From an uncultured archaeon (GTDB lineage: Archaea > Asgardarchaeota > Thorarchaeia > Thorarchaeales > Thorarchaeaceae): DNA of 32,000 bases. The DNA is taken from positions 12,762-44,761 of the forward strand of contig CAYHAA010000020.1 in NCBI GenBank assembly GCA_964354495.1, given 5' to 3'. The position numbers were made by a program, and so were the translations under genes. The notes beneath the pieces are model-generated. The model saw only the letters and a program-made list of their open reading frames with translations. It was not told the DNA's origin and searched no databases. The first letter of the stretch is position 1; each line of letters opens with the position of its first letter. Shown here piece after piece: positions 1-8,476 of this stretch.

Positions 1-1
1 T

Positions 2-1738
2 GTCCGAATGTATGAGGTAGTTCGAGTCAGCAAACAGCATCTCATCGGTGAGGTCATAGAGGTTGCGGAGAATGAGTTTACTGCGCAAGTCTATGAAGAG
101 ACCTCTGGTCTTGCTCCAGGCGAGCCCGTCACATCCACTGGGGACTCTCTGTCCGTGGAACTTGGTCCTGGTCTTCTTGGTTCCATTTATGATGGTATTC
201 AGCGTCCTCTACCCATCCTGCGCAAAATATCGGGTGACTTCATATCCCGTGGGCTTGATGTTGATGGGCTTGACAAAGAAAAGAAGTGGACTTTCATCCC
301 TACTGTAAAGGTTGGCGCAAAGGTAGAGGCAGGAGACATAATCGGTGAAGTCCCAGAAACTGGCATCATCACCTCGAGAATCTTGATACCCTTTGAACTT
401 GCAGGCGAAGTAGTGGAGATTGTGCCAAAGGGTGAGTATACGGTCATTGAAACAATCTGCAAGGTCAAGAATATCCATGGTGATACACATGATGTCATAA
501 TGATGCAAAAGACTCCGGTTCGAATCGGTCGCACATTCAAAGAACGAGTATCAATGGACACGCCGCTGATCACTGGACAACGTGTCATTGATACATTCAT
601 GCCTCAAGCAAAAGGTGGAACCGGAGCTATTCCAGGTGGGTTCGGGACTGGAAAGACAGTGACACTCCATCAATTTGCAAAATGGGCTGACGCACAAGTG
701 GTTGTGTATGTAGGCTGTGGAGAACGTGGGAATGAGATGACTGAGGCTCTTGAAGAGTGGCCGCATCTCAAAGATCCCCGGTCAGGCCGCCCGCTCATGG
801 AGCGTACTGTACTAATAGCAAATACATCCAATATGCCCGTTGCGGCACGAGAAGCGTCAATCTATGTAGGAGCCACTATTGCTGAGTACTTTCGAGATCA
901 AGGATACGACGTGGCGCTGATGGCAGATTCAACATCTCGTTGGGCTGAGGCTCTTCGTGAGATATCTGGTCGACTTGGTCAACTTCCATCAGAAGAAGGC
1001 TACCCCGCATACCTTGGATCACGTCTTGCACAGTTCTACGAACGTGGGGGGCGGGTCAAGACCCTCAGTTCAAGCGAACGGCTCGGATCTATCACAATCT
1101 GTGGAGCAGTTTCGCCTCCTGGCGGCGACTTCTCAGAGCCTGTGACACAGGCAACGCTCAGGATTGTAAAGGTCTTCTGGGCTCTGGACAAGGATCTTGC
1201 AGCACGAAGGTTCTTCCCCGCAATAAACTCTCTAACAAGCTACTCGCTCTACCACAGCACCCTTGAGAAATGGCATAAGTCGAATCTCGGTGAAGATTGG
1301 CCTGAGATAGTGAAGGAGGCACTTGCCATACTTCAGAAGGACCAGGAGCTTCGCGAGATTGTTCAGCTAGTCGGACCTGATGCGCTTCCAGAATCAGAAC
1401 GCGCTATTCTTGAGGCTGCACGGATGATTAAGGAAGACTTTCTCACTCAGAGTGCAATCCATGAGATTGATACCTACTCTCCTATTGGCAAGACGTATAG
1501 AATGCTCAGAGTCATAATCGGGTTCTCACGAAAAATGACAGCAGCTGTCAAGATGGGTGTTCACGTCCGAAGGATATTGGAGCTGAGTATACTAGACAAC
1601 ATAGCTCGAATGAAAATCACACCTTGGGACTCCTATGAGAGTCAAATGGATGCTATCGAGAAGAAGATGGAACGTGAGTTTCAGTCTCTCTTCCAGGAGC
1701 TATCTGAGTCAGGTTTCCTTGCTGAACATGCTGCATAG
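2..1738 (+). CDS. atpA: A/V-type ATP synthase catalytic subunit A (5'-truncated at window edge)
   Basis: Walker [53 protein letters not shown] and GYPAYL motifs. The frame is open back to position 2, and MYEVVRV normally lies about 20 aa into subunit A, so the true start is upstream of the window. No intein. Confidence 0.97.
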   Translation, partial: VRMYEVVRVSKQHLIGEVIEVAENEFTAQVYEETSGLAPGEPVTSTGDSLSVELGPGLLGSIYDGIQRPLPILRKISGDFISRGLDVDGLDKEKKWTFIPTVKVGAKVEAGDIIGEVPETGIITSRILIPFELAGEVVEIVPKGEYTVIETICKVKNIHGDTHDVIMMQKTPVRIGRTFKERVSMDTPLITGQRVIDTFMPQAKGGTGAIPGGFGTGKTVTLHQFAKWADAQVVVYVGCGERGNEMTEALEEWPHLKDPRSGRPLMERTVLIANTSNMPVAAREASIYVGATIAEYFRDQGYDVALMADSTSRWAEALREISGRLGQLPSEEGYPAYLGSRLAQFYERGGRVKTLSSSERLGSITICGAVSPPGGDFSEPVTQATLRIVKVFWALDKDLAARRFFPAINSLTSYSLYHSTLEKWHKSNLGEDWPEIVKEALAILQKDQELREIVQLVGPDALPESERAILEAARMIKEDFLTQSAIHEIDTYSPIGKTYRMLRVIIGFSRKMTAAVKMGVHVRRILELSILDNIARMKITPWDSYESQMDAIEKKMEREFQSLFQELSESGFLAEHAA

Positions 1739-1784
1739 CCAAAGCGTGGTATTCATTCCCTCAGAAGCACTCTATGGGGACGAG

Positions 1785-2336
1785 ATGATGCGCAGACAGG
1801 AACTAGACGCACTTCATGAGTCTATCCGGGACTGCAAGATCTGTCCTCTTCACGAAACACGTCTAAATGCAGTCCCCGGTGAGGGGCCACATGATGCTAG
1901 AGTCTTTTTCATCGGCGAAGCGCCTGGTGCAAGAGAGGATAAATTAGGAAGACCCTTTGTCGGTCGTTCGGGCGAACTCCTCACACAGATGATACAGAGC
2001 ATCGGCTTGACAAGAGATGAAGTATTCATAACATCTGTGCTTAAGTCAAGACCTCCCAACAATAGAACTCCCACTAAGTCAGAGATAGAGATGTGTAGAC
2101 CCTATGTTGAGAAGCAGATCGAGTTGGTCAATCCGAGAGTGGTTGTGCTCCTTGGAGGTACTGCAATCTCATCGATGGTAGGTCCATGGAGTGTTTCGGA
2201 GTCCCACGGCCAATACTTTGAGGCAAAGGGCAGAACTTATTTCATGACCTATCACCCTGCGGCAGCACTACGATTTCCAAAGGTCAATGCCTTGATGGCT
2301 GCTGATTTCAAGATACTACGTTCCGAGTTACTCTGA
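1785..2336 (+). CDS. udg: Uracil-DNA glycosylase, family 4
   Basis: CxxC (CKIC), VPGEG, GEAPG motif A, GRPFVGRSG and HPAA motif B. Start set at ATG 1785 (purine-rich GGGGACGAG upstream) rather than 1635, which overlaps atpA. Confidence 0.93.
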   Translation: MMRRQELDALHESIRDCKICPLHETRLNAVPGEGPHDARVFFIGEAPGAREDKLGRPFVGRSGELLTQMIQSIGLTRDEVFITSVLKSRPPNNRTPTKSEIEMCRPYVEKQIELVNPRVVVLLGGTAISSMVGPWSVSESHGQYFEAKGRTYFMTYHPAAALRFPKVNALMAADFKILRSELL

Positions 2337-2343
2337 GTGGTCA

Positions 2344-2349
2344 TTATAT
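2344..2349 (+). promoter_or_regulatory. Putative archaeal TATA box (TTATAT) for a leaderless transcript of the 2372 gene
   Basis: AT-rich hexamer centred about 26 nt upstream of ATG 2372, the usual spacing for archaeal leaderless mRNAs; no SD before this ATG. Confidence 0.35.
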
Positions 2350-2371
2350 TCCTGCATATCGATTCCATATT

Positions 2372-2896
2372 ATGACTCTCATGGTTCCTCAAACGTTAGT
2401 CCTCACGCTTGCACAATCTCCCTTCGACGTGGTACTGCCGGAATCTTGGTCTGTGACCATGGGTCAGATATTGAATGTTCTATTTGCCCTTGCGATACGC
2501 AGCTATCTGCTTCTCATCCTTGTAGGCCTGATACTGTATGCCACAGGGCTCAGTGATGGCCTCTCGAAGGTCTTGGTAGCGTTTGGAATTGGGCTGTACT
2601 TCGGAGGTCCATTGATAGTGAATATCATCGCGAGTTTCTCAAGTGTTGGACTTGTCACGATGGAGAGCGCCACACTCGCATGGCTGCAGTTCTTCGGTAT
2701 GAGCGATGCTGAGATTGTATACATCTTGGTATGGATTGGTGATGCCATCGCTGGTATCTGTTGCCTTGCCGGAGCTGTCCTTTATTTTACTCCGAGTACA
2801 AAGGAGCTCAGGTCTAGGGGGCAATCCCTCATTGTCAGGTCTCTAATGCTAGCTCCCGTTCTTGTTTTCTTCCATCTCACCCCGCTTCTGCTCTGA
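2372..2896 (+). CDS. Hypothetical multi-pass membrane protein with two similar halves (weak VirB2/CedA pilin-like pattern)
   Basis: 174 aa with several hydrophobic segments; repeated G-x-[IV]-L-Y-x-T motif (VGLILYATG, AGAVLYFTP); fills the gap between udg and atpB. Confidence 0.75.
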   Translation: MTLMVPQTLVLTLAQSPFDVVLPESWSVTMGQILNVLFALAIRSYLLLILVGLILYATGLSDGLSKVLVAFGIGLYFGGPLIVNIIASFSSVGLVTMESATLAWLQFFGMSDAEIVYILVWIGDAIAGICCLAGAVLYFTPSTKELRSRGQSLIVRSLMLAPVLVFFHLTPLLL

Positions 2897-2976
2897 GAGG
2901 CGCTTCGCAACTCTTAAAACTCAGCCGCTGATACGACCGGGTATTGATTTAGTACATAACCCGGACGGTTTCGTAG

Positions 2977-4377
2977 ATGCCCAAGGAATCTTCTATTGTC
3001 TATCGCACAGTGTCAGATGTCAGTGGTCCGCTCTTGGTAGTTGAAAACACCCATGACGTTTCTTACAACGAAGTCGTCAAGATACGATCTCCGGGCGGTG
3101 ACTTATTGACAGGAACTGTCCTTGAGACGGGCCGTGGCAGGGCTGTCATTCAGGTCTTTGAGGGGACCAGTGGTTTAGATGCTGATATCACGTCGGTTAG
3201 GTTCACTGGAGAAACCATGAAACTGCCTGTTTCCACAGAGATTCTTGGGAGGGTTCTTGATGGTGCCGGAAATCCTCTTGACAAAGGTCCCCCACTCACT
3301 GCCGAAGACCACTGGGATATCTACGGTTCTCCAATCAATCCCTATGCACGACAGTATCCTAGGCAACCAATTCAGACGGGTCTCTCTTCGATTGACGGTC
3401 TGAACACTCTAGTCAGAGGTCAGAAGCTGCCTATCTTCTCAGGGTCTGGTCTTCCCCACAACACGATTGCAGCTCAGATTGTCCGCCAGGCCAAGATACC
3501 TGGAGAAGAGAGTGATTTTGCTATCGTCTTTGGAGCCATGGGCATCACTGCCACTGAGGCACAGTACTTTATGGACTCCTTCGAAGAGACTGGTGCTCTC
3601 GAACATACAGCACTATTCCTTAATCTTGCTAATGACCCAGCTATTGAGCGAATTATCACTCCTCGCGCGGCGCTCACTGCTGCAGAGTATCTAGCATATG
3701 CAGCAGACATGCATGTTCTAGTCATTCTCACTGATATGACCAACTACGCAGAAGCGCTTCGTGAGATCAGTGCTGCAAGGTCGGAGATACCAGGTCGACG
3801 TGGGTATCCTGGCTATCTGTATACCGATCTCAGTCTCATCTACGAACGCGCTGGAAGAATCGATGGTCGAAAGGGCACAATCACACAAATGCCTATTCTC
3901 TCTATGCCACAGGATGATATGACGCACCCAATTCCGGACCTTACAGGCTACATAACTGAAGGTCAGATAATCGTTGGACGCGGTCTCCATCGGAGAGGTA
4001 TCTACCCACCAATTGATCCTGGCCCCTCTCTAAGTCGTCTGATGAAGGAAGGTATTGGTAAGGGGATGACGCGCTTTGATCACAAAGAAGTGCAGGCTCA
4101 GCTCTACTATGGCTACTCCGAGGGCCGCGATCTTCGTGACCTAGTTGCAGTGGTCGGTTCGGAAGCCTTGACGGATCGTGACCAGAAGTACCTGAAGTTC
4201 GCAGACAGATTCGAGACTGAGTTCATCAATCAAGGTGAGTTTGAGGACCGCTCTTTCGAACAGACCTTGGACATTGGATGGACCCTTCTCAGTGACTTTC
4301 CCGAGCGAGAACTCAAGCGAATCGACCCTGAAACAATCTCTTGGGCTAGGGAGCAGAGTCTGTACAAGCAGAGCTAG
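2977..4377 (+). CDS. atpB: A/V-type ATP synthase subunit B
   Basis: [57 protein letters not shown] and [12 protein letters not shown] motifs. Confidence 0.97.
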   Translation: MPKESSIVYRTVSDVSGPLLVVENTHDVSYNEVVKIRSPGGDLLTGTVLETGRGRAVIQVFEGTSGLDADITSVRFTGETMKLPVSTEILGRVLDGAGNPLDKGPPLTAEDHWDIYGSPINPYARQYPRQPIQTGLSSIDGLNTLVRGQKLPIFSGSGLPHNTIAAQIVRQAKIPGEESDFAIVFGAMGITATEAQYFMDSFEETGALEHTALFLNLANDPAIERIITPRAALTAAEYLAYAADMHVLVILTDMTNYAEALREISAARSEIPGRRGYPGYLYTDLSLIYERAGRIDGRKGTITQMPILSMPQDDMTHPIPDLTGYITEGQIIVGRGLHRRGIYPPIDPGPSLSRLMKEGIGKGMTRFDHKEVQAQLYYGYSEGRDLRDLVAVVGSEALTDRDQKYLKFADRFETEFINQGEFEDRSFEQTLDIGWTLLSDFPERELKRIDPETISWAREQSLYKQS

Positions 4378-4568
4378 TATGTAGAGCTATAAATGTGAGT
4401 TCATGTCGCGCGGACAGCAACTGGGATTTCCCGTGAGTATTCTTGTAGTAACAAGTGATTGCAGAGGCGACTATGTTCGACAAAGTTGGTCTAGTCTGAA
4501 ACTAGCATGTAGTGAACCACAACCGATCCTGCTCAGCAGCACTCGTAGGGATGAACTTGTCTACCACT

Positions 4569-4943
4569 CTATTCGAGACCGTGATGCAGGTAGTGATCCT
4601 TCTCTTTCTTTGCACCGAAACTTCGAATACCTTCAGTCTTGATTTGGCTCTTTATCGCCTTTGCCTGTTCAGCAGTAATCTCTCCCCGTTTCGCCAGGAA
4701 GTCAACTATCTCTATTGCCTGAGGTGCTGTATCACAACGACGTATGTAGTCAACAACATCAGGAGTGAATGTCTGTTTCTCCTGACCTTGATCGGACTCT
4801 TCAGACATTGTTCGGACACCATCTATTTTGAAGGTTTTTGCGTTTCCCTCCTCAAGCTCCTCTGCGAGAGCTGAGAAGGGCCGACGTAAATCGTCGTCTT
4901 CGGACATCTTTTTCACCAGATGCTTCCGATCAATCATGACCAT
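4569..4943 (-). CDS. DUF2095-family protein
   Basis: PDVVDYIRRCDT..A.EIVDFL.KRGEI...A..I..Q....GIRSFG.KKE..HY matches the pattern I recall for this archaeal family; exact start uncertain. Confidence 0.8.
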   Translation of the reverse strand: MVMIDRKHLVKKMSEDDDLRRPFSALAEELEEGNAKTFKIDGVRTMSEESDQGQEKQTFTPDVVDYIRRCDTAPQAIEIVDFLAKRGEITAEQAKAIKSQIKTEGIRSFGAKKEKDHYLHHGLE

Positions 4944-5018
4944 GACATCTCTCAGGAGTCATTTCTTAGGATTGACTTAAGAGCTTTACCGAGATGGCCA
5001 CCCCATCAAAAAGCGTAA

Positions 5019-6545
5019 TCATTTGATAAATGCCCACGGTATTCCCTGACTAAAACGCTCTGGATCACTTCCTAGTGAGAACAGTGCGATTCCAGTTTCC
5101 TTTTCAGCTCTCCTCCAGCCGCCATATCCTCCATAGGCGGCTGCAGTACGGATGGCTTTTCCAAGAGTCCTGTTTCCAATTGACAGGGCTGCTTGAATCC
5201 GTGCGCCTCTCAGGTCAAGAGTTTCTATTGTCACTCGCGGTGTGTTTCTAAGATCCTCCTCGATATGTCTTATCTTACCACGAAGCACTTCTATCCCAGA
5301 TTGAGGCTCAAGCTGCCACCTCGTTCTTGCTTTTGGAATAAACGGATTCAAGCTAGCGGTAATTCTCATAGTTGAGTTCCTAGCCATGCCTTGTATCATT
5401 TTAATGGTGGACTCGATATCTGTATCCGTTTCTCCTGGAAGCCCAATGATGAAGTACAGCTTCAACGAGTTGTACCCAGCTGATTCCGCTGTCTTCACTG
5501 CCTCTTCAATTTCTGAATCTGTGAGACCCTTTCCGATGCTCCTTCTGAGTTCATCTGAGCCCGTTTCGGGTGCTATTGTGAGAGTCCGTTGGCCACCCTT
5601 GACTAGGCACTCCAATAGTCCTGTGGTCACAGAATCCGCTCTCAGCGACGGAACAGAGACTTCTACCCCTTGTTTCACAATCCAACATACAAGGTCCTCC
5701 AAGCTATCCAAGTCACCTAATGATGACCCGATCAATGACACCTTCTTTACGGGTGTCTGACTAATTCCCTGTTCTACAAGCTCCTTCAATCGTTCTAATG
5801 AACGAGTTCTTCTTGGCTGACACATGTGTCCCACAAGACAGAACTTACATGAGTGCCCACAGCCTCTTGTGACTTCCAGCAAGAATGACTTACCAAACAC
5901 GGGCTCAAGTTTCGATCCCTCCCCCACGTCTGGAACGACTTGAGCTACTGGGTATTCGAGAGAGTCAAGATCTTCTATCATGATATGGCTTACGGAGGTA
6001 GGATTGGCTGCAGGGACATAGATACCGTTGGTGTCTGCCAGAGCTGCTATTGATTCGTCCCGGGATGTTTTGGTCCTGACTGCCTCCACAATGTCATGAA
6101 CAACCAAGTCCCCCTCACCAATGGCAAAGGCGTCCACAAAATCTGTATAGGGTTCAGGATTGGAGCTCACAACCGGCCCCCCTACCAGGACAATCGGGTC
6201 ATCAGCTGTTCTGTCCTCAACGAGAATGGGGATTCTGCCTATCTCCAGCATCTGTATGAGGTTCAGTATGTCCTCCTCATATGTCAACGTGAATCCCACA
6301 ATGTGATTATCCATCAGTGGTCGACCGCTCTCGATTGACAATGCTGGAGACTGTGTCTGGTATCTGAAGTATCGCTCACATGATGTATCCTCTCTGTTGT
6401 TTAGCGCTGAATAGAGTATTTGTAGAGCAAGGCCAGTCATGCCTGCACGATATGTCGAAGGATAGCAGTACCCAAAGAGCACATCGACCTTGCTTGAGTT
6501 CTTCACGACTGAATTGAACTCTCTCAATGGTCTTGGCGCCAACAT
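5019..6545 (-). CDS. B12-binding-domain radical SAM protein, function unknown
   Basis: CxxxCxxC (TRGCGHSCKFC), N-terminal YPSTYRAGMTGLALQILY..LN...CER.F, GGPV...NPEP, APETGS and YFIIGLPGET. Start at ATG 6545 with GAGGGTG SD just after the glmU stop. Confidence 0.88.
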   Translation of the reverse strand: MLAPRPLREFNSVVKNSSKVDVLFGYCYPSTYRAGMTGLALQILYSALNNREDTSCERYFRYQTQSPALSIESGRPLMDNHIVGFTLTYEEDILNLIQMLEIGRIPILVEDRTADDPIVLVGGPVVSSNPEPYTDFVDAFAIGEGDLVVHDIVEAVRTKTSRDESIAALADTNGIYVPAANPTSVSHIMIEDLDSLEYPVAQVVPDVGEGSKLEPVFGKSFLLEVTRGCGHSCKFCLVGHMCQPRRTRSLERLKELVEQGISQTPVKKVSLIGSSLGDLDSLEDLVCWIVKQGVEVSVPSLRADSVTTGLLECLVKGGQRTLTIAPETGSDELRRSIGKGLTDSEIEEAVKTAESAGYNSLKLYFIIGLPGETDTDIESTIKMIQGMARNSTMRITASLNPFIPKARTRWQLEPQSGIEVLRGKIRHIEEDLRNTPRVTIETLDLRGARIQAALSIGNRTLGKAIRTAAAYGGYGGWRRAEKETGIALFSLGSDPERFSQGIPWAFIK

Positions 6546-6552
6546 AACACCC

Positions 6553-7842
6553 TCATTTGGAGGAGTCCAGATCAATGACAGTCTGATTCTGCTTCGCAAT
6601 CACCATCTGGTTTGGTCCAACGTCCCTGTCCACTATGACACCAATGCCTGTTCTCGAGCCTTGATGCATGACAACTCCTGGGGCAATTGAAGTGCCAATC
6701 CCAGTCTTTACATCGTCGCCAATGATGGCTCCCAGTTTTCTCCTTCCAGAACTCACACGTTTTCCCTTCACGGTGCTCTCCACAGCTTGGTTATCATGCC
6801 TCAGGTTCGCAGTGATTGTTCCTGCGCCAAAGTTGCACTCTCTTCCAATGATAGAGTCCCCTACATAGGATAGGTGCCCGACATTGGTGTTGTCCATGAT
6901 TATGCTGTTCTTTATCTCAACAGCATTTCCAATCTTCACCTTCTTTCCAAGTGAAGTATGCGCACGGATGTAGCAGTTTGGCCCAATAACAGCATCCTGT
7001 CCGATGTAGACGGGTCCTTCTACATACGCACCTGTCCTTATGACCGCTCCAGTTTCGATGATGCAGGTGCCCTTAATCACTGCGCCCTTTTCCACGGTTC
7101 CCTTGATGCTCCTAGATGACTGACTCAGGAGTTGTTTGTTGGCCTCCAATAGATCCCATGGCTTACCCACATCAAGCCACCATGATGGTAACATGTACGC
7201 TCCGACATTGCCTCTTTCAATCAGCATGCCTATTGAATCAGTGATCTCATATTCCCCTCGTGGAGAGAGTGGGGTCTTATCAATCGCAGCCCAGAGTGAC
7301 GCACTTACAGCATAGAGGCCTACATTCACCAGATTGCTGACCATCTCCTCCTTCTTTGGTTTCTCAATGAGTTTCACTGCCTTTCCTTCTCTCACAGCAA
7401 CAACACCATATGCACTCGGGTCATCAATAGGCTGCACAGATAGCGTCATCTCAAAATTCCCGCTCTCATGATACGCAATCAACCCCTCAAAGCAGCCCGG
7501 GCCAACCATTACATCACCATTCATCAATAATGACGTGTCATCGCTAACAAACTCTCTGGCATGACCTGCCGCATGTGCTGTTCCTCTCCTCTCCTTCTGC
7601 AGAACGAAGGAAACAGACATCCTGCCTTTGCCCCATGTCTCCGAATCCACAGACTCACTGAGTTTCTCAGCATGGTAGCCATAGACAATGAGTGTTTCTT
7701 CGATACCAGCCTTCTCCAATGCCTCCAAGGTGTGAAACAGAAGAGGTCTTCCAGCTACTGGCAGGAGATGTTTTGGTTGATTTGCAGATAGTGGAAGCAT
7801 CCTCGTGGAGTCACCAGCTGCTAGTAATATGGCCTTCTTCAT
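6553..7842 (-). CDS. glmU: Archaeal bifunctional sugar-1-phosphate nucleotidylyltransferase/acetyltransferase (GlmU-like)
   Basis: ILLAAGDSTRMLPL...PKHLLPVAG, GTAHA, EKP and C-terminal hexapeptide repeats with HLSYVGDS...CNFGAGTITANLRHD and GRRKLGAIIGD.VKTG. Confidence 0.93.
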   Translation of the reverse strand: MKKAILLAAGDSTRMLPLSANQPKHLLPVAGRPLLFHTLEALEKAGIEETLIVYGYHAEKLSESVDSETWGKGRMSVSFVLQKERRGTAHAAGHAREFVSDDTSLLMNGDVMVGPGCFEGLIAYHESGNFEMTLSVQPIDDPSAYGVVAVREGKAVKLIEKPKKEEMVSNLVNVGLYAVSASLWAAIDKTPLSPRGEYEITDSIGMLIERGNVGAYMLPSWWLDVGKPWDLLEANKQLLSQSSRSIKGTVEKGAVIKGTCIIETGAVIRTGAYVEGPVYIGQDAVIGPNCYIRAHTSLGKKVKIGNAVEIKNSIIMDNTNVGHLSYVGDSIIGRECNFGAGTITANLRHDNQAVESTVKGKRVSSGRRKLGAIIGDDVKTGIGTSIAPGVVMHQGSRTGIGVIVDRDVGPNQMVIAKQNQTVIDLDSSK

Positions 7843-8101
7843 CTTGGGTCGAAGAAGTCCTACCGTCTGCAGAATTAAAGGCTTTGTAGATGATAGGATT
7901 GTCCTCAGAGGATGACTAGTACAGAAGTGGAATTGATTCTATTTCCATGAACTGACGCGGTGCACGACTGCGACATATCGCTCAATTGCTGCGATAAGTT
8001 AATAAGCAGTTTTGTAACATAGACACTTGTTTGATTGAGGCAAATCCTGCTCTGCAGAGCCTCATCAACAGACTCCAAATTTTACGGGAAGGTAATGGAA
8101 A

Positions 8102-8347
8102 ATGATGAACGAAACTGAACTTCAGGAGGAGTTGAAGAGCATGAAGCTCACAAAGAGCCAGATGATTGTTCTGGACATTCTCAGAAGCAGCGGTCAGGAT
8201 GGAGCTACTCCAAAGCAACTCCTTGACAAGGTTTCTTTTGCCCCAAGGACAGTCCGTTATGCACTTCGAAAACTTCTGAAGAAACACTTGATCAAGCGTA
8301 TACCCTGTCTCCAGGACATGCGCCAATGGATCTATGTACCTGCTTAA
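8102..8347 (+). CDS. Small winged-helix (MarR/ArsR-like) DNA-binding protein
   Basis: 81 aa; LTKSQ..VL..L....T.KQL...V.FAPRTVRYALRKL....LI.R.P.LQDMRQ.IY pattern of small archaeal wHTH proteins. Confidence 0.8.
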   Translation: MMNETELQEELKSMKLTKSQMIVLDILRSSGQDGATPKQLLDKVSFAPRTVRYALRKLLKKHLIKRIPCLQDMRQWIYVPA

Positions 8348-8387
8348 AGCAAACTGAAGGCAGTACACTGGATGGAGATTGGCAAGC

Positions 8388-8420
8388 TGACACTAATAGC
8401 CTTAGGGCTATTAGCTGTCA
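8388..8420. promoter_or_regulatory. Inverted repeat between the two HTH genes (operator or hairpin)
   Basis: TGACA-CTAATAGCC / TTAG loop / GGCTATTAG-C-TGTCA: 9-bp perfect arms extended by 5 bp across one bulge. Confidence 0.55.
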
Positions 8421-8476
8421 ATAAGTCACTAACGCTTCAACTCTCGACATGTGTAGAAATAAATAGGTGATACCCA

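Noticed and set aside
1635-1784. N-terminal extension of the UDG ORF given in the track
   Set aside because: It overlaps atpA by about 100 bp and has no UDG-like sequence; ATG 1785 fits better.
4378-4568. About 190-bp gap after atpB where atpD or an ncRNA might hide
   Set aside because: No subunit D-like frame, tRNA fold or convincing stem was found; the 79-aa ORF 4403-4642 overlaps DUF2095 and lacks features.
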